A stretch of 64,000 bases of DNA from an uncultured Bacteroidales bacterium (GTDB taxonomy: Bacteria > Bacteroidota > Bacteroidia > Bacteroidales > Bacteroidaceae): the NCBI GenBank assembly GCA_902760965.1, contig CACWIN010000008.1, positions 9,454 through 73,453 on the forward strand, written 5' to 3'. This document shows, piece after piece, positions 38,273 through 47,089 of this stretch. Position 1 is the first letter of the stretch. Each line of letters begins with the position of its first letter. The notes beneath the pieces were generated by a model, which saw only the letters and a list, made by a program, of their open reading frames with translations, made no database searches and had not been told where the DNA came from. The position numbers and the translations under genes were made by a program.

Positions 38273-40486
38273 ATGAACAGAATCAAATCTTTATATCATA
38301 GCATACTTGAAGCAGCAGGTTTGCTGCTCCTGGTATCTTGCGGCCAAACCAAACCCGGTTTTGCAATAATCATTGATCCTCAAAGCTACATTGAGGCTCA
38401 GGCAGAGATAAACCGTTATCTGGAGGTAGTTGAAAGCCGTGGTTTGCACCCGTTCCTGGTCATTGACAGTTGGGGAGTTCCGGACAGCATACGCGCAGAG
38501 CTGATGCGTCTGCACGCTGACCGCAGATATCCTATTGAGGGATGTGTGCTCATAGGCGATATCCCCGTAGCAATGGTTCGCGATGCGCAGCATTTTACTA
38601 CAGCGCTCAAGATGGACCAGTTCAATCCGTCGTTCAGCCGTAATGAATACTGTGTCCCTTCGGACCGTTTCTATGACTGTTTTGACCTTAAGTTTGACCT
38701 TATTGAACAGGATTCGGCCCGCAGTGAGTATTTCTTTTACTCACTTAGAGGCGACTGCCCGCAGCGTCTGCGCCCCACCATTTACAGTGCACGCATTATG
38801 CCGCGTGACAACGAGACCGGCAGCAAATATGACAAACTGCGCCGATACATGCAGCGCGTGAATGAGGCCGACAGTAACAACAACCCTCTGGACCGCATGT
38901 TCTACTTTAGCGGTGAAGGTTACATATCAGAATCGGTCGATGCACGTATTGACGAAAAGATAGAGTTGTATGACCAGTTCCCCTGGATGCGTACCCAGCA
39001 GCAGTCCATTGAGTATATAGACCACAAGAGGGAAAAGTTCGTAAAGAACCGCCTCATGCAGCAGATGCAGTACCGTGATGTGGATTTTGCCATACTCCAC
39101 CATCATGGAGCATTTGACACAGAGTACCTGAGCGTTTACCCCGAGGCCGAGACTATGATTGAGGATGTAGCCATGATGCGCCGCTTTATGCGTGAGCAGA
39201 TGCGCGAGGGCAACCGCAAGGGCATGAGCAAGCAGGAGGTGATGCGCCGCATCAACAACTACTTTGGCTGCGAGGTGCCCGAATCATGGTATAAGGGTGC
39301 ACTTGACCCTGAACAGATAGCCCGTGACGAGCAGGACGACATAGATGAGGAGAACAACATTAACCTGCATTTCTCCGATTTCACATACTATCACCCCCAG
39401 GTGCGCATGGTATCACTGGACGGTTGCTACAACGGATCTTTCCATCGTGACGAGAGCATTCAGGAGGGATACCTGTTTGGTAAGGGCAACGGTACCATAG
39501 TAGTTATGGCCAATACCGTAAACGTGCTGCAGGATAAATGGGCCGACCATTTTATAGGTCTTATGGGAATTGGAATGCGTGCCGGCCGTATGGCTCAGTT
39601 CGGAGCATTCATGGAGCAGCACATATTCGGTGACCCCACTTTCAGCTTTACACCTGCCGTGAAGACCGGTTTTGACGTGAATGACGCCATCAACAATGCC
39701 GATGACGGTTTCTGGAAGAAACAGCTCAAGAGCGGCAGCCCCGCCATGCAGATACTGGCACTTGATATGCTTGCCAACAGCAACACAAACTATTCTGACC
39801 TCATGGCCGATAAGTTCAAGACATCCAATTCCGGTATAGTACGTCTTGCCGCGCTCATGGAGCTGTCCGGCTACCGTGACGAGAACTTTGTGGAGTGTCT
39901 GGCCATGGCCCTTGATGACAGCCACGAAATGACTCAGCGCCTTGCAGTAAACATGGCTGGCCGCTCCGGTGACGAGCGCCTCATACCCGGACTGGTACGT
40001 ATTGCATCAAAGAACAACACCTCAGAGCGTATAGAATTTGACGTGACAAATGCGTTCCATACATTTGATTCCACTATGGTTCTCAATGAATTTGACCGAT
40101 ACTTCCCCACCGTGGACTGCTATCTTGACCATGACAGCATTGGAGGTCTTATCCGTAAAGCCTTGCACAGCTTTACCACATCAATCACCGATGAGGTAAA
40201 TACAAGGCTGTTTGACACCACGCTTACACAGACCCAGCGTAAAGCCGGCGCCCGTGCCCTGCGTAACAATCCCGTACACAGCATGATACCGCAGTTGCTT
40301 GAACTGCTTGACAATCCCGATGAGGATGACCTGATACTTACCGTACTGTGGGAGGCAATGGGTTGGTATGACCTGTCATACCGTGCCGATGAGATAGCTG
40401 CGGCCGCACTTAAGACCAGCACCGATGAGAGATTTTCCGAAAGAGTAAGAAATGAAGCACTAAAAACATACAACAGACTGCAATGA
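38273..40486 (+). CDS. paralog 4 of 4
   Basis: The ORF opens at 38150 inside paralog 3, but the lipoprotein signal MNRIKSLYHSILEAAGLLLLVSC begins at the ATG at 38273, 5 nt after the paralog 3 stop. It has HHHG ... LDGCYNGSFH ... HIFGDPTFSF ... HEMTQRLAV. Confidence 0.55.
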   Translation: MNRIKSLYHSILEAAGLLLLVSCGQTKPGFAIIIDPQSYIEAQAEINRYLEVVESRGLHPFLVIDSWGVPDSIRAELMRLHADRRYPIEGCVLIGDIPVAMVRDAQHFTTALKMDQFNPSFSRNEYCVPSDRFYDCFDLKFDLIEQDSARSEYFFYSLRGDCPQRLRPTIYSARIMPRDNETGSKYDKLRRYMQRVNEADSNNNPLDRMFYFSGEGYISESVDARIDEKIELYDQFPWMRTQQQSIEYIDHKREKFVKNRLMQQMQYRDVDFAILHHHGAFDTEYLSVYPEAETMIEDVAMMRRFMREQMREGNRKGMSKQEVMRRINNYFGCEVPESWYKGALDPEQIARDEQDDIDEENNINLHFSDFTYYHPQVRMVSLDGCYNGSFHRDESIQEGYLFGKGNGTIVVMANTVNVLQDKWADHFIGLMGIGMRAGRMAQFGAFMEQHIFGDPTFSFTPAVKTGFDVNDAINNADDGFWKKQLKSGSPAMQILALDMLANSNTNYSDLMADKFKTSNSGIVRLAALMELSGYRDENFVECLAMALDDSHEMTQRLAVNMAGRSGDERLIPGLVRIASKNNTSERIEFDVTNAFHTFDSTMVLNEFDRYFPTVDCYLDHDSIGGLIRKALHSFTTSITDEVNTRLFDTTLTQTQRKAGARALRNNPVHSMIPQLLELLDNPDEDDLILTVLWEAMGWYDLSYRADEIAAAALKTSTDERFSERVRNEALKTYNRLQ

Positions 40487-42057
40487 AAATATTATATAAG
40501 ATAATATTGTCTGCTCTATTTATTTGTCAGCCAGGAATAACGTATGCTCAGTTAGCCATACGTCCTGGTACCGTCTTGCCGGAGCTGGAACTGAAGAGTT
40601 CCCTTAAGTCTCCTGTAAGAAACGGTAATAATACTGATTTTCCGACATATATTGACAACTCTCTTTCGCCGTATTTCCCCGCCATTATTAATCAACATGG
40701 CGGTTCATGCGCACAAGCATCAGGGGTTCACTATCTTTTCACATATGAAATGAACAGAGTGTTGGAAAGAGAAGTCGCTTCAAATCCAAAAGAAAACACA
40801 TTCAGTTACCGTTATACATGGAATTTTCTCAATGAAGGAAAGGATAACGGGTCTCATGCCAGTGATGGTGTAAATCTGATATTGCATCACGGATGCGTTA
40901 CGGCAGCAGATTATGGAGATGAGGATGAATATGTTTACCGTTGGGTGACCGGATACTCCAAGTATTACAATGCCATGCATTATAAGGTAACTAAGGCAAG
41001 TTCCGTTAACCTGAAAGAACGTTCCGGTATTGAGAAACTGATGCAATATATGATTGACAAGGGTGATGGTCATCCTGGTGGAGGAATAGCATCATTTTCA
41101 TTAACCGGGAATTGGGATAAGACTAATTATGACGGACCATCAGAAGCCGGTATTGAATATATAATGGTACCAAGAGGAAGTGGCGGTTCTCATGCCATGA
41201 CACTTATCGGATATGATTTATCAGTAGAATTTGACTGCGATAACGATGGAAAAATAGATGATGATGAAAAAGGTGCCTTCATTTTTGTGAACAGTTGGGG
41301 AACATGGTGGGCAACCGGAGGAAAGGCATACATGCCTTTTTCAGGATTCACCAGAGAACTTGGAGATGGAGGATTTTACAAGTATGACTCACATGCCGAA
41401 GTCCTTTGTATAGAAACAGCCTATCATGAACCCACTTTGACTATGGAAATAAATATGACATATGATTCCAGAAATGATCTGACTCTAAGTATTGGAGTGG
41501 CAGATGGAATTCAGGAAAATACTCCAAAATATGCTGTATATCCTGTAATAGTCAAAGCTCAAGGCGGAGATTTGAGAATGCAAGGAACAAACTTTGATTC
41601 AGGAAAAACAATTGAAATGGGTTTTGACATCTCAGAACTTAAGTCGAAAGCAGATGAGATGAAAGCCCCCTGTTGGTTCTTTACAGTGTACAAAACGCAG
41701 TTAGGTAAAAACGGTACAGGAAAAGTGAATAAAATTGCAATACATGATTATAGTTCCGGACAAGATAATGTTATTTCTCAAACATTTATAAAATCAAATA
41801 CTATTCAAGTGGGCAGCAACAAATACAAGTTACCTACAAAAGAATGGTACATGGACAATAAAGGGAACTGGTTTAAAGTGGTTATGACACCTGCAAATAA
41901 ATATGTATCAAATTCAGATTATTTGAAAAAATTTGAATGGAATAAGATTTATGGTATCAGAAAGGCTAATGGAGGATATGCAAAAATTAAGTTTACTGAC
42001 TATAACCCCCAAACCGGCAAAGTGAAATTCTCAGTTAATAACTATGAATACAAATAG
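40483..42057 (+). CDS. secreted papain-like (C1 family) cysteine peptidase with extra C-terminal domain
   Basis: 524 aa with start overlapping the upstream stop (ATGA) and a signal peptide ending TYAQ. The catalytic triad context is present: NQHGGSCAQASG (Cys), GGSHAMTLIGYD (His) and FVNSWGTWW (Asn-Ser-Trp). Confidence 0.65.
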   Translation: MKILYKIILSALFICQPGITYAQLAIRPGTVLPELELKSSLKSPVRNGNNTDFPTYIDNSLSPYFPAIINQHGGSCAQASGVHYLFTYEMNRVLEREVASNPKENTFSYRYTWNFLNEGKDNGSHASDGVNLILHHGCVTAADYGDEDEYVYRWVTGYSKYYNAMHYKVTKASSVNLKERSGIEKLMQYMIDKGDGHPGGGIASFSLTGNWDKTNYDGPSEAGIEYIMVPRGSGGSHAMTLIGYDLSVEFDCDNDGKIDDDEKGAFIFVNSWGTWWATGGKAYMPFSGFTRELGDGGFYKYDSHAEVLCIETAYHEPTLTMEINMTYDSRNDLTLSIGVADGIQENTPKYAVYPVIVKAQGGDLRMQGTNFDSGKTIEMGFDISELKSKADEMKAPCWFFTVYKTQLGKNGTGKVNKIAIHDYSSGQDNVISQTFIKSNTIQVGSNKYKLPTKEWYMDNKGNWFKVVMTPANKYVSNSDYLKKFEWNKIYGIRKANGGYAKIKFTDYNPQTGKVKFSVNNYEYK

Positions 42058-42454
42058 ATATATAATAGTAATCCTGCTTTTTGTCATGTCGGCTTTTTTT
42101 GCATGCAAAAAAGAAAAAGATGAAAAGATTCCAGTTCAAACAACCAATGAAATGGAACTTACCCTTGAACCCGGGAAATGGGTTTATTACAGGTTCTCTG
42201 ACAGTACGGTGGTAGGGAAAAGCATCATAGGTAATTCTAACGATGACAAAGAATGGTATGACCGTATGGATTGGGACATAGCATTGAGCGAAAACGGCAT
42301 TCGCACCAACAGCGGAGAATCCGGTCGTGGTTATGGAGGCATCTGCTATATTGACAATGAAACATTTTATGAAGACTCATATAGTCATTTATCTTCAATT
42401 TATTATATGGTTGATACTCTAAATGTACCAATAGTGGTGCCTATTGACAGATAA
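42044..42454 (+). CDS. small lipoprotein with HmuY-like WDIA...NSG motif
   Basis: 136 aa with lipobox AFFAC, overlapping the upstream gene by 14 nt. The block MDWDIALSENGIRTNSGESG recalls the HmuY-family signature, but the protein is shorter than typical HmuY. Confidence 0.35.
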   Translation: MNTNRYIIVILLFVMSAFFACKKEKDEKIPVQTTNEMELTLEPGKWVYYRFSDSTVVGKSIIGNSNDDKEWYDRMDWDIALSENGIRTNSGESGRGYGGICYIDNETFYEDSYSHLSSIYYMVDTLNVPIVVPIDR

Positions 42455-42490
42455 CTTGGCAATTTGTTAAGTCATTCAGAAATAAATGCC

Positions 42491-42498
42491 TAATTTTG
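42491..42498 (+). promoter_or_regulatory. Bacteroides-type -7 promoter box for cysE
   Basis: TAATTTTG is an exact match, 20 nt upstream of the ATG at 42518. Confidence 0.45.
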
Positions 42499-42517
42499 CA
42501 GCCTGTTACAGCAGGCA

Positions 42518-43345
42518 ATGGAAAATAAAGACATTTTTGAAAGCATCAGGGACGTAAAAAAGTCTCTGCAGAAAGCCGACAAGTACATACCAAAGGTTGA
42601 GGAGCGCTCAATTGACCGTGCCGAGATAAAGGAGGCGGTCAAGTTGTTCCGTCATGTGGTATTCGGCAATTTTTTTGGAGCGCTTGATCTCTCCACGTCT
42701 TTAAGCAGGCTCTATACAATCCTTTCCCATCAGATTGATTATATAGGCCGTATATTCCATGAGTCATTGCCTTGCCCGGCCGAGGATATATCCCAGCAAT
42801 TCATAGAGAGCATACCGGAACTGCGCCGCATGCTTGGTACCGATGTCAAGGCCATCTTTGACGGAGACCCTGCAGCTGTAAGTCATGAGGAGGTAATACT
42901 GTGCTACCCGTCACTGGTAGCCATGTACCATTACCGTATGGCACACCGTCTGCTTGAGCTGGGCGTGCCTATCCTGCCCCGCGTAATCACCGAACTTGCC
43001 CATTCACTTACCGGAATTGACATCCATCCCGGAGCCAGGATCGGTGAGTTCTTCAGCATAGACCACGGTACCGGAGTGGTTATTGGCGAGACTGCTATCA
43101 TTGGCAATCATGTTCAACTGTATCAGGGCGTTACGCTTGGTGCCAAGAGCTTTAAGTTTGATGAGAACGGCAATCCCATCAACGTTCCGCGCCATCCTAT
43201 CATTGAGGATAATGTGGTCATATACTCCAACACATCGGTACTTGGCCGCGTGACTATTGGGCATGACACTATCATTGGCGGTAACGTCTGGCTTACTCAG
43301 GACCTTCCGCCCCACTCCAAGTTCTTCCAAAACCGTGAGCGATAA
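42518..43345 (+). CDS. cysE: serine O-acetyltransferase
   Basis: 275 aa. GIDIHPGARIGEFFSIDHGTGVVIGETAIIGNHVQLYQGVTLG is the hexapeptide-repeat core of SAT. Confidence 0.85.
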   Translation: MENKDIFESIRDVKKSLQKADKYIPKVEERSIDRAEIKEAVKLFRHVVFGNFFGALDLSTSLSRLYTILSHQIDYIGRIFHESLPCPAEDISQQFIESIPELRRMLGTDVKAIFDGDPAAVSHEEVILCYPSLVAMYHYRMAHRLLELGVPILPRVITELAHSLTGIDIHPGARIGEFFSIDHGTGVVIGETAIIGNHVQLYQGVTLGAKSFKFDENGNPINVPRHPIIEDNVVIYSNTSVLGRVTIGHDTIIGGNVWLTQDLPPHSKFFQNRER

Positions 43346-43374
43346 CCGCTCACGGACTGTTGGCTATTAGCTAT

Positions 43375-43452
43375 TAGCTATTGGCCCTTAACCTTAAGCG
43401 GCCCTCTGGGCCGAAAGTAACGCACCGGATGGAAGCCAAAAGCCAATAGCTA
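43375..43452. other. 78-nt structured spacer element between cysE and pgk
   Basis: TAGCTATTGGC (43375-43385) pairs with GCCAATAGCTA (43442-43452). These enclose the hairpin GGCCC-TCT-GGGCC (43400-43412). The element lies upstream of the pgk -7 box, so it is not the pgk leader. Confidence 0.35.
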
Positions 43453-43497
43453 AAAGCCAAAGTTTAAAAATAGCGTAGCTATTTGCTCAAAAAACAC

Positions 43498-43505
43498 TAT
43501 CTTTG
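43498..43505 (+). promoter_or_regulatory. Bacteroides-type -7 promoter box for pgk
   Basis: TATCTTTG is an exact match, 35 nt upstream of the ATG at 43540. Confidence 0.5.
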
Positions 43506-43539
43506 CAACTCGAAAAAAATAAACCAAAACCATATAATT

Positions 43540-44790
43540 ATGACAATTGACCAATTCAACTTCGCCGGAAAGAAAACTTTCGTACGCGTAGACTTCAACG
43601 TTCCTGTTGATGAGAACTTTAACATTACAGACGATACCCGTATCGTAGCTGCAATGCCTACCCTCAAGAAGATCATCGCCGATGGCGGTCGTCTTATCAT
43701 CGCTTCACACATGGGTCGTCCCAAAAAGAACCCGGATCCCAAGTACTCACTCAAGCACATCCTGAAGCATGTTTCAGAGTGCCTTGGTGTTGATGTTAAG
43801 TTCGCTGAGGATTGCGCAAAGGCTCAGGAGCAGGTTGCCGCTCTTAAGGACGGTGAGGCTCTGCTGCTTGAGAACGTTCGTTTCTATGCTGAGGAAGAGG
43901 GCAAGCCCCGTGGCATTGAAAAGGAGGATCCCGCATACGACGCTGCCAAGAAGGAGCTCAAGGCTGCTCAGAAGGAGTTCGCCAAGACTCTTGCTTCATA
44001 TGCTGACGTTTATGTAAACGATGCATTCGGTACCGCTCACCGCAAGCACGCTACCACAGCTGTTATGGCTGACTACTTTGATGCTGACCACAAGATGTTC
44101 GGCTATCTGATGGAGAAAGAGGTTGTAGCTGTTGAGAAGGTGCTCAATAACTCAGTTAAGCCTGTAACCGCCATCATCGGTGGTTCAAAGGTATCTTCAA
44201 AGATCACCATCATTGAGAACCTGCTGCAGAAGGTTGACAACCTGGTTATCATTGGCGGTATGGCTTACACATTCGTTCTGGCTAAGGGCGGTAAGGTTGG
44301 TAACTCACTCTGCGAGCCCGATCAGGTTGATGTTGCTCTGGCAGTTCTCAAGAAGGCCGAGGAGCTTGGCGTAAAGATTGTTCTGCCCGTTGACTGCCTT
44401 GCAGCCGATAAGTTTGACAACGAGGCCAACACTCAGGTTGTTGACAACAACAACGTACCCGACGGTTGGGAAGGTATGGATATAGGTCCTGCTTCAGCCA
44501 AGGCAATGGCAAGCGTAATCGAGTCATCAAAGACCATCCTGTGGAACGGTCCTGCCGGTGTATTCGAGTTCAGCAACTTCCAGGCCGGTACAAAGGCTAT
44601 CGCTACTGCTGTTGCCAACGCTACTTCAAAGAACGGCGCATTCTCACTTGTTGGTGGCGGTGACTCCGTAAGCGCTGTTAAGCAGTTCGGTTTTGCCGAT
44701 AAGGTATCATACGTATCAACCGGTGGCGGTGCTCTTCTGGAGGCTATCGAGGGTAAAGTTCTGCCCGGTATAGCTGCTATCAAGGGATAA
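43540..44790 (+). CDS. pgk: phosphoglycerate kinase
   Basis: The conserved N-terminus [22 protein letters not shown] starts at 43540, whereas the ORF opens at 43483. SHMGRPK and GGGDS motifs are present. Confidence 0.93.
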   Translation: MTIDQFNFAGKKTFVRVDFNVPVDENFNITDDTRIVAAMPTLKKIIADGGRLIIASHMGRPKKNPDPKYSLKHILKHVSECLGVDVKFAEDCAKAQEQVAALKDGEALLLENVRFYAEEEGKPRGIEKEDPAYDAAKKELKAAQKEFAKTLASYADVYVNDAFGTAHRKHATTAVMADYFDADHKMFGYLMEKEVVAVEKVLNNSVKPVTAIIGGSKVSSKITIIENLLQKVDNLVIIGGMAYTFVLAKGGKVGNSLCEPDQVDVALAVLKKAEELGVKIVLPVDCLAADKFDNEANTQVVDNNNVPDGWEGMDIGPASAKAMASVIESSKTILWNGPAGVFEFSNFQAGTKAIATAVANATSKNGAFSLVGGGDSVSAVKQFGFADKVSYVSTGGGALLEAIEGKVLPGIAAIKG

Positions 44791-44815
44791 TTCCAATAAT
44801 TTTTATATCTTTGAA

Positions 44816-44850
44816 ACCGCTGGAGCCATTCTCCGGCGGTTTCTGTTTTT
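44816..44850 (+). terminator. intrinsic terminator of pgk
   Basis: ACCGCTGGAG-CCATT-CTCCGGCGGT followed by TTCTGTTTTT. Confidence 0.75.
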
Positions 44851-44861
44851 AATTACTGACA

Positions 44862-46994
44862 ATGACAGCAGATGAGGATTTAAAAAGGCGTGCCGCGCAG
44901 ATTAAGGATCTGCTGCTTTCGTCACGGCTTAAGGAGGCTCTGGAGCAGATTCAGATGCAAATGACGGGTGTATCGGACTGGGCGGCCACATCCAGGTTTG
45001 AGGACATAGACCGTTCATACCATTATATGCTACAGTATTTTGGTCAGGGTTCGCCCGATGAACACCGTACAGACCTGTATCATCAGCTTATACGCCGTGC
45101 CATCCTGCTCAATGACCAGGTCCTGCAGGCCCGCATGCAGCCCGAATCCATGCTGCTCTATTATCAGCACCTTCGTTCAAGTCTTTCCAGGACTGAGAAT
45201 ATTGAAGGCCTACGCATTGCCCTTGAATCATTCACTGAGACAAATGATGTTGCCGCTCACGAACATATCCTGGGAATTCTGTTTGACCTTATCTGGACCA
45301 ACGGACAGTGGAGTTCAAGCGATTCAACATCGCTATTGGAACTTATTGATTCTCCGCTTATTATCGAGGATGATTCGGCCCTTGTGGTAAGTGCCGTTAC
45401 GCTATCTCTTTTAGAGCGTTTTGATCCGCTTAAATGCCTGTTCCTTTGTCAGGCGGCACAGAACCTGAGCATGGTTGTATCAATCCGCGCACTGACCGGG
45501 TTGGCAATTGCTCTTACCGGATACAGTGACATCCTTCCCTATTTCCCTGAAATAAAGGACCGTATTGCAATCCTGTCCGATGAGCCTGGCATCAGTGAGC
45601 GTATGCTTAAGGTCCAGATGGCATTGCTGTTGTGCCGCGAGACCAAGGAGATTGACCGCCGTATGCGTGAAGAGTTCATTCCCACCATGCTTCGTAACCC
45701 CAAGTTGGGCGACCTTATGCGTGAGGAACTTGAACGTGATGACGTAAGCCCCGACTGGAACGAGTGGATAGAGAAACCTGAAATAAAAAACAAGCTCATA
45801 CAGATGACCGAACTCCAGATGGAGGGCGCCGATGTCTATATGAGCACCTTCTCAAACCTTAAGAACTATCCGTTTTTCCGCCAGATTCATAACTGGTTCC
45901 GTATTTTCAGCATAGAGCAGCCCGATGTGGCGCATAGTCTGGGCAAAAACATAATCAAGTCGGCAATAGGCAAGTCCATGCTTTCAAGCGGCATGTTCTG
46001 CAATTCTGACAAATACTCTTTTGCGCTCACTTTTTCGCAAATTCCGGAACAGCAGCGCGACATGATTATGGCCCAGGTCGATGAGCAGGTGCATGAGGAA
46101 CTGCAGGATTCCAAATCGGACAGCATTCCGTCTGACCTTAAGGAAAACTATGCAGCCCGTCAGTACGCCCAGGACCTGTACCGTTTCTTTAACCTGTTTT
46201 CACGCAGACACGAGTTCAGGAATCCTTTTGATAGCGACCTTAATCTGTTATCGGACAACACGTTATCAATTCTTGTTAAAGCCGATGAATCGGTCAGGAC
46301 AATAGCTGTTTGGCTGCTTGGCAAGAACTATTATCCCGAGGCCGTACAGGCATACAGGCTTATGGAAGAGAACGCAAACCCCTACTCCGCCGACTACCGT
46401 TTTTACCAGCAGATGGGATATGCCCAGCAGCGTATTCAAAAGTACAACGATGCTCTTGAATCATACCGCAGGGCCGATCTGCTGCAGTCCGATAACGGCT
46501 GGACGCTGCGTCATATGGCACAGTGCCTGCGCCTTACATCGCATGCGGCCCAGGCCTTGGAACTGCTCCTCCAGGCTGAGAAACGTGATTCGGACAACAT
46601 GTCGCTACAAATCCAGATAGGAGACTGCCTGGTTGACCTTAAACGTTATGACGAAGCCCTGACCCGTTTCTTTAAAGTGGATTACCTTAAGCCCGATTAT
46701 CCTAAAGCGTGGCGTGCAATAGCCTGGTGCGCTTTTCTGGCAGGACGTATGGACAGGGCAAAAGAGTATTATGAAAAGCTTTTGAACGCCAAACCCACCG
46801 GGATAGACTGTCTGAATGCCGGCCACGCATGGCTGGCTGACGGTGATATCCAGCGGGCAATATACCTGTACCGTCAGGGCCGTGACAAACTGGGGGCCGA
46901 TACTTTTGAAACCGAATTCAGGAAAGACAGTGAGATACTGATTGACAAGGGTATAAATGAATCAGACTTCCCGTTGCTGCTTGACCTGCTGTGA
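44862..46994 (+). CDS. large cytoplasmic protein with C-terminal tetratricopeptide repeats
   Basis: 710 aa with no signal peptide. The last roughly 250 aa show TPR-like A/Y/L periodicity (YRFYQQMGYAQQRIQKYNDALESYRRA...). Confidence 0.6.
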   Translation: MTADEDLKRRAAQIKDLLLSSRLKEALEQIQMQMTGVSDWAATSRFEDIDRSYHYMLQYFGQGSPDEHRTDLYHQLIRRAILLNDQVLQARMQPESMLLYYQHLRSSLSRTENIEGLRIALESFTETNDVAAHEHILGILFDLIWTNGQWSSSDSTSLLELIDSPLIIEDDSALVVSAVTLSLLERFDPLKCLFLCQAAQNLSMVVSIRALTGLAIALTGYSDILPYFPEIKDRIAILSDEPGISERMLKVQMALLLCRETKEIDRRMREEFIPTMLRNPKLGDLMREELERDDVSPDWNEWIEKPEIKNKLIQMTELQMEGADVYMSTFSNLKNYPFFRQIHNWFRIFSIEQPDVAHSLGKNIIKSAIGKSMLSSGMFCNSDKYSFALTFSQIPEQQRDMIMAQVDEQVHEELQDSKSDSIPSDLKENYAARQYAQDLYRFFNLFSRRHEFRNPFDSDLNLLSDNTLSILVKADESVRTIAVWLLGKNYYPEAVQAYRLMEENANPYSADYRFYQQMGYAQQRIQKYNDALESYRRADLLQSDNGWTLRHMAQCLRLTSHAAQALELLLQAEKRDSDNMSLQIQIGDCLVDLKRYDEALTRFFKVDYLKPDYPKAWRAIAWCAFLAGRMDRAKEYYEKLLNAKPTGIDCLNAGHAWLADGDIQRAIYLYRQGRDKLGADTFETEFRKDSEILIDKGINESDFPLLLDLL

Positions 46995-47042
46995 TTGTGA
47001 AATAAAATTCAAAAAAAGACTTAACTTTTTGTTACTTTTGCA

Positions 47043-47050
47043 ATCTAATA
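47043..47050 (+). promoter_or_regulatory. Bacteroides-type -7 promoter box
   Basis: TACTTTTG is an exact match, 40 nt upstream of the ATG at 47090. Confidence 0.45.
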
Positions 47051-47089
47051 AACAGTGACAACAATAACCAAATAACCAATTATATTAAA

